Assembly (NCBI GenBank): GCA_028023455.1
Contig: JAQFVV010000001.1
Coordinates: forward strand, 14,260,001-14,324,000
DNA from: Epiperipatus broadwayi
Taxonomy: Eukaryota > Animalia > Onychophora
Length of the DNA: 64,000 nt
Direction: 5' to 3'
The notes below the pieces were generated by a model that made no database searches, was not told the DNA's origin, and saw nothing but the letters and a program-made list of their open reading frames with translations. Below are positions 1 through 13,800 of this stretch, in pieces. The position numbers and the translations under genes were made by a program. How positions within the stretch are numbered: position 1 is the first letter of the stretch; every line of letters starts with the position of its first letter.

Positions 1-204
1 CTTGTTTTGCATAAATAAATGGTTGTATATGTGTGGTTATTTATATATTAATGATGAGACTTTCAGTATATCAATTATGCAGTGAATAATAATCAAATGG
101 TTTATTACTAAGTAGAATCTATCATTTTTCTGCTTCACCAACATCATGCAATATAGTTAATTTTGCAATATATAGCTTTAAAACAATTTAGTTAAATACA
201 TTGA

Positions 205-420
205 TACATATAAAGCTTTAATCTTAATACTATGCACCTTGAGTGCTTAATTTTACCACAAGAGGGACCTCTACAAATTAGAAAGTAGGTTGAAGATAAG
301 ACGGCTGCTCTTATCTTGATAAAGTCGTAATCTTATGTTAAGATTTGTAGAGGTCCCTCAAGACGCATAGTATTAAGGTTAAAACTTATATGTGTTTATG
401 TGCTTAATAAGAATTATTGT
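205..420. mobile_element. Family F2 fold-back insertion with 13-bp TSD
   Basis: TSD ttaaatacattga at 192-204 and 421-433. Inverted arms share ttaatactatgc and gagggacctctacaaat. Homologous to 39694-40706 (gggacctctaca, agaaagtaggttgaag). Confidence 0.8.
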
Positions 421-1880
421 TTAAATACATTGAGAAACTTCTGGATTGCACTGTATGAAGATAAAAACCAAACAACCTTTGAAGTAGCCTACTGTGAGGC
501 TAAGGCCTTTTAAACAGTGTATTATAAGGGAACAGTGAAGAAAAAGGTATAACTCACTAAGTTTTGCCAGTGGTGAAGGTTTAAACATTTTTCTATACTT
601 GTTTATATTTTAACTGAAAATAGATAGATATTAATTGATTTGATGGCTAGCTGAATTGGCTATAAATTGATTTTATGAAAGAAAAATTCTGTTTTTTTAC
701 AACCTAAAAAAAAATTGTTATTGGATCAGAATTCAAAGTTAGATTATAGGCATAGCAATAAATGCATTGCCATTGTGTTATAAGATTCTTTTTTACAAAC
801 ATAAAATAACCATAAAATAGCCCATTGAAAGGCAAGGCTCTTTCTAACACTTCTCTAAAGAAAAATGATGAAGGAAAGACCTGCCAGGTTATAAGAATTT
901 ATGGTGTTTCTTTCTAATTTACTCTCTAGTTAAGAATAGCCAGATGTTCATTTTTCAACCAATAATTAGATGGATGGATTGGCTTTGAGCCAGCTAATTG
1001 AAAAAAAAAATTACTTAATTTTTATTATTTTAATGAGTGAATTTTCAAAGACGTTTTAATGTCACATTAATTTTATCCATATTATAACTATCATTAAAAA
1101 TCACTATAAAGTTAATTGTTTGGACATTACATGCTGTTTGAGCACTAGAAATGCTGAGTTGAGTTTCAAACTAGTGACCTTTAACCTTTGAATACATCAT
1201 TTTATTCCATGCTAATCTACATTGGTCATTGACAGGCGTGATTAAAAAAATTCTCTTATACATTGAAGATACATCATATGTTTATATTAAAACTGCATTA
1301 ATATTACAATGGTTAGAAAACAAATCTTATGTAACAATGAAAAATTATTAAACAAATATCTAACATACATTGGAAAAAGTTAATTTTATTTGCATGAATA
1401 AACTTACGGCATGAAAATGCATATATTTTTTATGAAGCATGGTGAATAGCAAACCTATAATAGCCATTATAAAATATGGTGCATGAAAAAGAAAATTCAA
1501 AAATCTTTTTTTTTATCCAGACTTACAAATATTTTTAATTCTTGAGTGCCATGTAAATGGTGGCAAACACGTTGGGAATATAAATCCCAAAGTAGGATCT
1601 TAATTACTGCTTTAATAGAATTAATACTTATATTTTATTATGAAATACTTGACTTTAATAATTATTACTTATGTCTTATAAACTGTAAATTAAATATGTA
1701 ACTAAATGAGTGGCTGAATTGACATGTGTGAATTGAAATGTGAACCAATAATAAGGAAAACAATGAATTTATTTATATAAATATAATTAATTTAATATAA
1801 AAAAAATAAATAATACCAATAAATAAATGCATTAATAAATAATTTTATTCTTGGTATATATGTAATTTATAATTTAACTA

Positions 1881-3602
1881 ATGTATGTTTTCTATCTGCT
1901 ACTTTGTACTCTTCGGATGACCTACTTTCTGGAAGCTTGGTCCGCAATCTATGATCTAGATTTTTCTGTGGGGTTGATATCTCGACTATGGCTGGAGATG
2001 TTTTTGCACACGATTGACAGTTTTTACGTTTTTAATAAACATTACGAGATCATTATTTTTGCCCATCGATAATTTAATTCCCAAGTGATTGAACCAGTCA
2101 TGGCCAATGAGGGTTTTTATTCGGGCACAATTTATATGTAATGGCAATTTAAATTTTTTGCCATTGTAAGAAGTAATTGGAGCATGAATTGCTCCTTTAA
2201 TCTTTATGGCCTTGTCATTGATGTCTCGTGCTTTAAATTTGGTATGCATAAGTCTAGGTGGCTGTATCATATCTGCTACGATGGTTTTCCAATCTTTAAA
2301 GGACAGTAAAGACACCCCACTACCGCTGTCAATTTCCATCAATAAGATTTTTCCGAAAATTTTGACTGTCATTTCAAATTTCGGTGATTGTCCAAAGACA
2401 CATTATTAATCACCGAAAATTCCTCTTGCTTAGGTTTTTTAGCAAAATGCTCTTGGCTACTATTTTTTATATAATTATCGACTTTTTAATTTTGGCACAT
2501 TTTTTGCAAATGCCCAACTTTATTACAGTGTTGGTTCTTATAAAAACATCCATGTGCCATGTGACCTAATTTTCCGCAGCAAGAGCACTTAATTTGACTT
2601 TTCTTAATATCAATTACTCCACTTTGATCAGGCACCATTCTTTCGAGTTTGTCGACTTTGTGGATTTCATAAGGATCGTTGTCCGCTATTTTCATGGCCG
2701 CAAATTCTTTAGCTTGCTGTAATACAAGTTTGTGAGCTATGTCACATTTGATATCTACTTTATAATTGATATCCGTATCTGCCAATAACTGCTGTCTCAG
2801 ACTGTCACTGCTCATACCACATAAAAATTGTTTGAGGAGAGCATCCTTTAGGTATGAATCATAGACTCAGTTTTTTGCGAGTTCACGCAGGGCAGTATCA
2901 TAATCTTGTGTTCACTCGTTCTTGCCTTGTTGGCGATTTCTGAAGTGGAATCTGGCAATGTGTCTAGACTCACGTGGATTAAAATAGTCGGCCAAACGAT
3001 CTTTGATCTGTTCGAATGTTAATTCTTCCGGGGTTTGAGGTTTGTAAAGTCTGTTTGCAATTTGGATGACCCCTTTTCCAGCGAAACATAATAAAGTCGC
3101 TGTTTTACATTTATCGTCCTTTACTTTGTTAATAATTAAAAGTTTCTTGATTTGTTGGACGTACAGGGGCCACTTACTTGCCTCTCTGATGTCAAATTCA
3201 GATATTGCCAGCTGCATTACGATGACGTAGTCAATTTAGCAAAAAAATAGAAATATCTTTTTTAGTAATTTATCTACTCATGAAATCAATTAATTAGATG
3301 CCGCCATATTTGGCTGTCAATGCGTTAATTGTTATTACTGACAATTCCGACCATTGAGGTTTGTAATCAAGACTGTGACTGAGCCAATTACTGTGTCCAG
3401 CAGCACTCTATTGCTTACTGGATTGCAAATATATAAATAACACAAATAATTGCTAATTAATGAGGCAGCTCGGCAAGTACATTTAAGTAATAAGAATTTA
3501 TTTACAAAGTTGTACGAAGATAATCAAACTTGTTGAATATATACATATATGACGATTATATACACATACTATATAAATAACAATTGGCCCGAAGGTGTAA
3601 CA
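1881..3602 (-). mobile_element. Truncated, pseudogenised Ty3/Gypsy LTR retrotransposon (gag, zinc knuckle, protease)
   Basis: Gag-like ORFs 3217-2912 and 2815-2486 share a frame, separated by two TGA stops. CSCCGKLGHMAHGC is a CCHC knuckle. ORF 2372-1986 carries the aspartic protease motif IDSG. PBS-like TGGCGGCATC at 3306-3297. Possible LTR start TGTTACA at 3602. No RT, integrase or second LTR seen. Confidence 0.85.
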
Positions 3603-6600
3603 AAATAATAATAAGATCAATATGACCTGTTTACAGTTCCTAAGTTTACTTTTGAACGTTCGGAGGTAAACTTCTCCGCAAGGCTAAGTGAAGGAGGGAG
3701 CTGACTGGGGCACCCGAGGAAATGGCACATCTGCCTTTCAAGAGCTTCACTTAGCAAGTGTCTGGTCTCAGTTCTATTCTAGATCTGTTTCATCCTCTCG
3801 TTTTTAGTGTAGACTCCCTTGATTGGCCATCCGCTGTCCACGTGATCTCTTGAATTACCATACTCAATCCCTGATCAGATAATAGAATTGTCTATTTTAA
3901 GCAATGTTTCTATTATCATTAAATCTGATCAGGAACTAAACATTCAAATAAACTATACATATCAAATGTGTAAACGGTTATCCTAAATATATTAAATTTC
4001 CTAAAATAATTAATTTGATATTAATTGATATTATCTTTATATTGTGATATCATGTATAATTCAGTGCCAAATTTTTAAAAATTTTGATAATAAAAATATG
4101 TCTACCCTAATTTCAACATCATATATATTTTATTTAATTTAAAAGTAAAATTAATACTAAGCAATTCTTTAATATAATTAAAATATACATTAATCTACTT
4201 AAAATATAATACATTTATGAAGATTTATATTTGTATTATTCTTTTATCATTATTATTTTGAAATTAATTATTTGATTTATTTATAAATCATTTAAAAGGA
4301 TTTTTTTTTTTTTTTCAAACCACCATTCACTAATAAATTAATTAATTAAAACATTTTTGTCTTGTAAGTTCTTTTACTGTGTACATTTTATTTTATTCAA
4401 TAATGATCTTCAATCTTCTGGCCCAATTTTTCATAAATAAATATTTAAATTACCAATTAAAATTCATATCTAAATTTCTAATTGTTATTTAATTATAATG
4501 GTTAGACATTTGTAATATAGCTGATGAAAAGATATCCACGAGGAGTTTTAATTATCACCAGTTTCTTTTAAATGCAGCTGATGAAGAAAGAGGAAAGATT
4601 CACTTTTGCATCTCTATTGCCGTTAATCCACTATAAGATTGAAGATTGCCAAGTAAATAAAATATTTTGACTCTGTATAAGAAAAGAAAAAATGAGATTT
4701 CAAATTAATTGCTAATTTTTTTTTTTTTTTCAGTATTCTATCTTGCATGTGATTTTTTTAAAAAAATTGTTTATTAGAAAAGCTATATAATATTTATTTA
4801 ATGTATTATTTTTTTTTACAATATTAAATTTTAAAATAATAATAATAATAAACCAGATTTAAGATTGTTATTATTATTATTTTATAATAATTCCAATAAT
4901 TAATCACATATTTTATTATTATTATTACTATAAATAAATATTTAAAATTGCTAATATAAATAAATTTCTGAAATTATGGTTGTGTATATACTGATATACT
5001 ACCACATACACTTTCATCTGTTTCACAATCATTTTGATTTTGTATTGAGGTCTATTGTTGTGCTCTTGTATTTTATTATTATATAACTGTTTACATTGGG
5101 TTTTGCTAAGCTGCTTTTATTAAAGATATTAATGAACTAATAGAACAATTTCATTAGTGATTTTTGTTTTCTATTATTATTTTTATTATTGTGTTTATAA
5201 TTGTTTATTTACTTTAATAATGTTTTAAACTAAGGTTGACTGTCTCAATATGTTTTTTATTTGGAGTAAAAATTTTAAATTACTTATTGTCAAATTGTTC
5301 TCGACTAAATTACAGAAATTGATGAAGGAAATCGGAATGAACTACGTTAGCCTTTGGACAAAAAAAAAAAAAGAAAAAAAAAGAAGGATGTATGAGTGTG
5401 AAAATTCTCGTAGTTCTATCCAGAGAAATCAACAAAAGTAATTGTCCAAATATCAAATACATTGATTAATTAATCTTGAAATACCTAACCAAAAAGGCAT
5501 AATAAAAAAAAAGCCAATCGATTTGGAAATTATTAATCATACTTAATAGGTGTGCCATTAAGATCCATACACGTATTATCTTTCAAAGATAGCTATTGTA
5601 AAAAATCAATCAATAAATAAAATTAACAAATAATTTTTTTTTTTATAACCTTTTTCAAAAATGATCTGAAAAACTAATTAAAGCATTATCAGCATTATTT
5701 TTGGGCCACCACGATGAAATTGTAAAGTTTGCGGGGAGGGGGGGAGGAAGGTTTTGCCACACGGGTAATTCTACTAGAATAGAATATTTGCAATAACGTA
5801 TGTTTACATAAAATTGTTCCAGTAAATGTTATTAAGGAAATAATGATTTACGTTAGCCCATGTACGATTTCTATATTGTTTCACAAAGGACCCGGTAAAG
5901 TTATATGTATGTGTTTTTGCTTAGCATCAACGCCATCAAGCTGCTGACACAATAGAATAGAAAACTACCAAAATGTATTGCACTAGAAATTTGTTTAGAT
6001 TTTATTGAGACCATATCATGATTTAAACATTAGAATATGTTACAATATAAATATTGAAATAAAATATTATTAATATAAACAAACAATACTTTTCTATTAC
6101 TTTACACAATGCAAATACTGTACAATATTTTGTTATTCCACACTTCCAAAAATAGCTGACAGTTTTGATTGTCCAACATTTTTTTCAGAGTTTTTACATT
6201 ATTTAAAAAGAAAAAAACAACATAATGCAAAATCTTACTCCAGAAGTCAATTGTTAATTCTTGATTATTGAATGAATAGCAGCTTTAAAAAGTCCTGAAG
6301 GAAATAAAATTTTTGTCTGTAATGTACATCTTAATAATGTATAGTCTAATTAAAATTAGAATTAGAATTAATGGCATTCAATGGCTAATTACTACGAATA
6401 ATGATGATCAATCTCGTAATCTATTATCTAGTTATTCTACTTTCTTTCAGACAGAGAGCTTTGCTACAGACATACTGATAGACATCTGCTTAATAAGTTT
6501 CATTTTTTGTACAGAATAAATATTGTTTATTAATAACTAATTAATGAGAACATTTTAGTTTTTGTAAATATTTAGATTTTTTTAAAAATGAAAATTTCCA

Positions 6601-6719
6601 TGTATTGAAGATTGTTTTTTTAAAAAACTATATGTATACATTTATGTATATTTTCAGAATTCATGCATTGATTTTTTTTATATTATAAAAAAGTATATGA
6701 CAATGTTATTATTGTATAG

Positions 6720-6847
6720 GTAGAATGGATTTAATTGCAGAATTAATGAAAAATTCATCGTTAATGCAGTACAGGCCTTCCAAGAATGCTTTAGAGGATT
6801 TGAAACTTCTTTTCCATTATTTAGATCTTTATTCAGCATCAGACAAG
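6720..6847 (+). CDS. HARS: Histidyl-tRNA synthetase, first exon visible in window (upstream exons not found here)
   Basis: tatag| acceptor, |gtatg donor. Reads (G)RMDLIAELMKNSSLMQYRPSKNALEDLKLLFHYLDLYSASDK, similar to HisRS 'LGDLKLLFEYL...DK'. Splices in phase 0 to 8963. Confidence 0.85.
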
Positions 6848-7140
6848 GTATGAAAATCATTTATACAATACAGCAACAACAATTTCTAGAATAAATAATG
6901 TAGATAAATTAAATTGAATCATTTTATTTTGGAATATCTTTGCAAGCAGTTAATTCAAATTTGATATCTCATAATTAGAATATTAGTCTCTAATTCCAAA
7001 AAAATAAAGTAAGTTTTTTTTCTTTGATAATATTTAATAGACAGGGTATGAGTACAGACTTTCACATGACCCACCACTCTCCACACTATCTCATAACACT
7101 GATACACTTGAACACACATATGTTGAAAAGATAAATAATC

Positions 7141-7184
7141 ACCAATATACGTATTTCATGCTAAACCAGCAATCATCAGTTGGT
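7141..7184 (-). ncRNA. Minimal type I hammerhead ribozyme motif (identical inverted copy)
   Basis: Exact reverse complement of 7758-7801. Confidence 0.8.
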
Positions 7185-7757
7185 CCAGATTACCATCTCT
7201 ACACATATATGTTACAAGTGCTCAGATATATATTAAGATAGCAAATCCTCCTACTTTAATGGACAGGCTTCAATCTACTCCACACTCCAACTCTTCAACC
7301 GTCCATCCAATTGAAAATCTGATGATGGAACGCTCAAAGGCCACCCTGAGGCCGAGATTATTGTCACACCCATGTTGACCCAAGGTCAATCTGACCCCTC
7401 ATGTACAGGACATAATCCATTAAATACATATACAAGGGATAGGCAGACATCTCTAATATGTAATAGCTGAAATACACAGGTTTATATATACCTGTGTCTA
7501 TATATGTAATAGACAGGGTATGAGTACAGACTTTCACATGACCCACCACTCTCCACACTATCTCATAACACTGATACACTTTAACACACATATGTTGAAA
7601 AGATTTGAGCGTTCCATCATCAGATTTTCAATTGGATGGACGGTTGAAGAGTTGGAGTGTGGAGTAGATTGAAGCCTGTCCATTAAAGTAGGAGGATTTG
7701 CTATCTTAATATATATCTGAGCACTTGTAGCATATATGTGTAGAGATGGTAATCTGG

Positions 7758-7801
7758 ACCAACTGATGATTGCTGGTTTAGCATGAAATACGTATATTGG
7801 T
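7758..7801 (+). ncRNA. Minimal type I hammerhead ribozyme motif
   Basis: ACCAA CTGATGA T TGCT ggttt AGCA T GAAA TACGTA T A TTGGT. Stem I ACCAA/TTGGT, intact core, stem II TGCT/AGCA, palindromic stem III, AUA cleavage triplet. Confidence 0.8.
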
Positions 7802-8229
7802 GATTATTTATCTTTTCAACATATGTGTGTTAAAGTGTATCAGTGTTATGAGATAGTGTGGAGAGTGGTGGGTCATGTGAAAGTCTGTACTCATACCCTG
7901 TCTATTACATATATAGACACAGGTATATATAAACCTGTGTATTTCAGCTATTTGATAATATTATAAAACTGTGATTTTTTAAATATATATATAATTTGCA
8001 GTCATGATTTTAATAGGGGGGCGGGGTGGATGTTTTTAAGAAATGACTATTTTAGGACTGTGTGTTTTAATTTACATTTGAGGATTGGAAGTAATATAAA
8101 AAAATTTTCTCTCTCTCTTTTTTTTTTTTAGTAAAGAAGAGAATTGTTGATACACACAGTAGTTAAGAATTGTTAAAACAAGTCATTTAAAAATAGTAAT
8201 AAAAAAAATTAGTACTTTATATAAACTTG

Positions 8230-8800
8230 GCAAAAACATTTGACAGCAGAAAATATTTTGATATGGAAAAAAAAGAGGAAATAGTAAATAAATTATACTT
8301 GGAACTAAGAATTAGTCTAAAAATAAATTATTTATAGGATTAAATAAAAGATATTGTTTTAATTCATATTTAAAAGAAATTATCATAGATACATAGGGAA
8401 TTGTGTTAAGTTTGCTAATGGTTTAGAAGGTTTTGAAAAAAATTATAAGTGATAATGAGAAGAAATTTATAAAAATGTGAGGAATGAATTGTAATTTATA
8501 TTAAAAGCTTTAAATATTTAATGGGTGATGAATCAGGATAGTTGAAGTCTGAAATTAAAAAAAGATAAGACTTAAAGTGGACTAATGTTGCTATAAACAT
8601 TAGAATTAATAAGAGGCTTATTAAAAATGGGAGAGAATTGGAGACTGGAAAAGCATTTAGAAGTTTTTGGAATAGATGTAAGAAAAAGAATGAAGAATAC
8701 ATATACGGAAGAGATTATAAAGACTGGAAAAAATCTACAACGTGAGGAAATAAAAAAAAATAGATTTTAAATGATAATTTAGAAGCTTAATGACAAATTA
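8230..8800 (+). mobile_element. Highly degenerate LINE-like relic
   Basis: Purine-rich decayed reading frames that loosely resemble RT segments; no clean motif. Confidence 0.25.
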
Positions 8801-8962
8801 AGAAAATGGAAAACCAAGGGAATATGTGAGGTTTTGACAATTAGTTTCGAGCAAAAAACAAGATGATAATGATATTTATTTATATATGTATGTATATATC
8901 AATTTTTTTTATATTTTTAAGAGGGTTTTGCTATAAACATTTTTCTTTCTTTCTTCGTGTAG

Positions 8963-9035
8963 GTTATTTTGGATCTTAGTCTTGCTCGGGGACTTGAGTA
9001 TTATACAGGTCTGATTTATGAAGTTTCTATCAATG
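8963..9035 (+). CDS. HARS: Histidyl-tRNA synthetase exon with HisA motif
   Basis: gtgtag| acceptor, |gtgagt donor. Reads VILDLSLARGLEYYTGLIYEVSIN plus 1 nt; matches HisRS DLSLARGLDYYTG. Confidence 0.95.
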
Positions 9036-10849
9036 GTGAGTCAATAATCTTTTTTTTTTTTTTGTTTATAATGATATCTCTTTTAAGCTTTTTAATTGTT
9101 CTTATTAGATTAAATGAAGATTTCTAAAGAAAGAAAAAAAAAAACTATAAGAAGGCTGAAAAGAATCAAGTTTTTGGGCCATTAATCGTCTGCTAAAAAT
9201 AATGATTCTTTATTCATTATTAGAAATGTAATATCAGATTTAAATGAGCTCTATACTATGTATAAGAAGATGGAAGACTCCAGATTTTAATATTTATTTT
9301 AACTTAATCCAAATTCTTTATACTTTCCGTAGAGATCGCCAAGCAAAGCATCATATAATTTCTCTGAATTATTTCTAGCATCTGAATGCAGATGTTAATA
9401 CTTTAACCACATTGCAGTCTAATTTTTGACTATTAATCATTTTCATTAAGGAGTTAATTTATGCTTTTGCACCTATCAGCTACCCTAATTACTTTTATAC
9501 TATCTAAATTGACAACATAAGATTCAAATTCTCTAAACTTTGTGAATTCAAGTCACATTTCTTGTACAGTTATATAGCTCTGACATTTGACCAGTAACTA
9601 TATTTTAGTGATTTCAGTTTTATGTTAACTATGTAAGTTATCACCATTTAACAAAATGTATCCTAAATCCAGTATTTTATGATTTTCTTTGTTTGCTTTC
9701 AACATCTGTAATATTATTGTTCCAGAGTCAGCTATTGTTGAATAATCAATGGATACTAAATGGCTCTGAAATAAAGTAAATCTAGTGAAATAACATTGTT
9801 AATGATATTGAAAAATAAGCATAAAAAAATCATGTGATGTTTTGCTTAGTATATGAAGTTACTAAAATATGTAGTGCCTATATAACTATACAGAAATGGT
9901 AATTGGATTATGCATTATTATATATTTTTAAATTGTAGTCAGATTGAAGATTTAAGCATCTTTTGTGAGATAGATAGGCTTGCTAATTTTAAAAAAAGTC
10001 AAATTTAACTCTTATTTAGATGTCTGATAAAGACAGTATGTATATATCTTCATAGTTAACATTAATAAGTACAAAATTTTTCTCTTTTGATATATGACAT
10101 ATATACATATCTGTTTTAGACTCATAATGTTTGGAAATTTATTTAAACATATATTTTTGAATTTTGTTAATTGTTCTTGATTCCAAAGTATGCTAAAAAC
10201 TTGATGCAGCTGCAGACTAAAGAAATCTTCACATATGTCTAGGATTGAAGCTGCTTATAAAAATATTTCCAAAATAGTTTGAAAAAAAATATACTTAAGG
10301 AAGTATTGATTATATCATAATGACAATAATACTGCTAATAGTAGAAGTAATAGAAAGATTTTCATATGTTTGGCCTAAATACAGGTGGGCAGATTTGAAA
10401 AATCATGCATAATTATATATATGTGTTGATAAAGAAAAAATCATTAAATATAGTTATTATTTTACCTAAATGCATTTTCAGTGTGAATCATATAATCATG
10501 ATTTTTTTAGCACTTTGAACTGTATAAAAAAAAAAGATTTCTTGTAACAACCATCTCTACAAACAAAGTAAAAGAATAGATCAGAAATAGTAATCAGTTT
10601 TTTTCATCTTGGTTTATCCTTGTAGGAATGTTGTTGCTAGAAAGAATATGTTTCTAACTTTTAGTTTTGATTGGATTAATCAAAAAAGTGTAATAAATCA
10701 TGCATAAGTATGTAGGTGCATTGATATAGATAAAATAATCATTAAATATAGATTTTATTATTTTCATTAAATGCATTTTTGGTGCTATTCACATTATTAT
10801 GACTTTTAGTTGTTGTTAAAGTTAATTAAAAGATCATAACTTTTTGTAG

Positions 10850-13800
10850 AGGATGTCTCATTACTATTCAAACTTAAATGTTTCAATAAGTATTTAATGG
10901 CATAGACTTAGCTAAAATAATACCTATATTTAACAATTATTTTTGTCAACACACATGTATGTTTGTGCATGATTTATTATATATAAAAATAAAATAATCA
11001 AAATTTAATATGCTACATTTACAAAAGACAATATATTTTGCTGATTATTTTTCTTGTAAGGCTCTCAGCATAATTACTTAGATGTATCTTTATTGATGAT
11101 GGTACAATTGTGAATCCATATTTCATTTAGGTCATAGTATATCTCATGAATTAAATAATCCCTGTTTCTACATTATAAATCTTATTTTTTGATAGATATT
11201 TTAAGTTTTTATAAAGCATTCTTGGGACTATTAAACAGAATAATGTTTATTTTGGAAAACTGCCTTATATTTTACTATCTATATAAATCTCAAAAATGAT
11301 AATACGACTCTCTTATTATCATTCTGTCATCTATTAAAAAACCTGACGTCAAAATTTTGCTTAATAGTTTATTGAAGAGGATTAAATTTGATCTTAAATC
11401 ATTGAAAAAAGAACAATAATCAATAATATGTAGAAAATTTTCTTCCTCTGATTTTCTTAATTTATAAGTTGTGTCAAAAAACTATCTATGAATATTGTTG
11501 AGAAATGTTAAAGTTGAAAACACACCTTACAGAAGTTTAATGCTTATATGAGTCAATGATTCATCTAATAGCATATTTTCTAACACTTTTATAGATGAAC
11601 AGATTTCCAATTGGCATTATGATTGAATTTTGGGATGTATCATCATTGATAGATCTTTTGTATGACATTTGAATTAAGATACATCTGATTTCTTGTGTCT
11701 AAGTAGACTAGTCTTTATTTCATTAAGTACAATGTTTTGCCAATTTTACTATATATCAGATGACTATCAGATAGGAAAGAGTCACTACATATTCTGCCAA
11801 ATGACTTAATTTTTATGAATTAATAAAACAATTTAAACTAAACCAAGACAATTCTTTCTAGTTGGCACTCTTAGATAATTGTATAAAAGTTTTGATCCTA
11901 ATTCCTATAAATAATTATCTATATACTTATTAATAAGTTCTATTGTTGTATTTGTTATTCTACTTCAAGTTGCATAGTATGCCAACAGATCTTTCTTGGA
12001 TGACATTTAATCAAATTGAAAGTTAATAATTTAGATAAAAATGTATTAGTGGTTAATTTATTAAATTGTCTTTAATCATTAAAATATATATTGAAATACC
12101 AAGGAATTTAGTCAGAACATCTATAAATATTGATGGAATATTTCTTCCTGTTAATATTTGTCATTATTCTTGAAAAATTTTCATATCTTTATAATAAAAA
12201 TGTTAGAAATTTGTCTAGTAATTATCACATCGTCAACATAAGCAAGTATCTTTATTTCTCTTCCTAGGTGTTGGACAATCACTGACTTCTCTTAAAAGTG
12301 AAACAATGTAGATAGCAAGTACAACAGGGGAGAGAGGGGATTCTTAGACACAGTCTTTTGTAATATGAAATATAGGTGAAAGTCTTATGAAGTTTCCTAT
12401 TGTCGCCGATCTATTTTTTATGCAATTTATTAGGCCATATGTATTGGATTTTCTGGAATAATATATACCTGTTTACTAATAATTGAGGTTAACCAGGTCC
12501 AAAGTATTTTAAAAAGCAAACTTTAAATGTGATTGCATCTGACAGGCAATTTTCTTTCTCATGTAATACAATTTGATGGTATGCCAATATTGCATGATGA
12601 CTGTGTCTTCCAGACATAAAATAATGGACAGAAAGTAGTTTATTTGTTAAAAAGGGTTGAAGTTTATCTAATAATATTATAAAAAATATTTTAGCATGTA
12701 TATTTTCAATAGTTATAGGCCTTGTTGAATCATAATTGGATTTATTAAATTAATTTCTCACTATTAAATAATATATTTTGTTAATCTATCCACATATTCA
12801 ATAGTTACTGGTTTAAAGAAATCTGCTAAGTGATTAGCCATCATATATTTCAAGGATTTATATACGTTAAGATGTAATATTTAAAAATCCTAATGTTATT
12901 GCAGATTTTAGTTTGTCTAATTGTTCAATCATATCTTCAAGGGAAATCAAAGATAGTTGAAGTAAATGTGAGTTTTTCAACCAGTACCATGATGATGGGT
13001 TATAATTAGAGTATAAATATTTGAAATATTTTCAAATTGCATGATCAACCTGACTTCTAACTATAATGTTACTTTCTTGTTCTTTTATTGTATGAATTTC
13101 TTTTTGAGTAATATGATCCTGTCTGATTATATATCATTTATTTAAGTGTCTGAATATCTTCTTGAACAATGACATAGAATTTACTAGTGATTTCTTCCAT
13201 TGAATATCTTGCATGATTTGATGGAATATTATATGATGATCTTTCATAAATGATTTAATTGGTAGATTGGAAAAATCTTTTTTTTTTTCTGAATATATGT
13301 TGACACATTGGTATTCAATTATAAATTAAATTGAGGTTGTTTTTAACATATTTATTGAAATTTGCTTTTTTTTTAATGATGTTTGGTGTAAAACTCATTT
13401 CAACCATATTATAGTCAATGGAAAGTACTGTTGTGGGAGTGAATTTAGGGTTTTGGCTTGAGATTAAATGAAAAGATAATGTGATCAATCAATGTTGATG
13501 AACTTCTATTTGAAAATGAGTACGAACTTTTTGGAAAATACCTTATTGAGTTATACCTATTATATATCAGATATTTACATAATTCCCCTGGGAAGGGTGG
13601 CACTTGACAATTAAGATTACTTATTATGATGCATGGGACATGTAATTGTTAATATTGTATCTCATTACTTTCTCAATTTTTTTTTTTTTCTGGGATGAAT
13701 AATCACAGATAAGAATTATAATGTTTGAAACATTCAGAAATATGAGTATATACGTTTTTGTTGGTTTCAAATACAACTATTGATTAAGATTTTTTTTCTT

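Larger units (their letters stand above)
7035..7950. mobile_element. Family F1 Penelope/retrozyme-like insertion: 1.2 tandem monomers plus inverted arm, 12-bp TSD
   Basis: TSD tttgataatatt at 7023-7034 and 7951-7962. Monomer period about 472 (taatagacagg at 7035 and 7507). 7603-7950 is a near-perfect inverted copy. Confidence 0.88.

Noticed and set aside
4520-4615. Two CTGATGA motifs
   Set aside because: No convincing stem II or stem III; no repeat context.
1-6719. Upstream HARS exon
   Set aside because: No segment with HisRS-like translation and splice sites was found; it is probably outside the window.
7140-7215. Apparent Penelope C-terminal peptide (IYV..P..HLPHIYN-like) on the strand opposite the hammerhead in F1
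   Set aside because: Needs several frameshifts and lies antisense to the inferred RNA strand; probably chance.
7318-7360. CTGATGA...GAGA hammerhead-like string on the other F1 strand
   Set aside because: No GAAA adjacent to a closed stem II, no stem I, and not conserved in the 34 kb copy.
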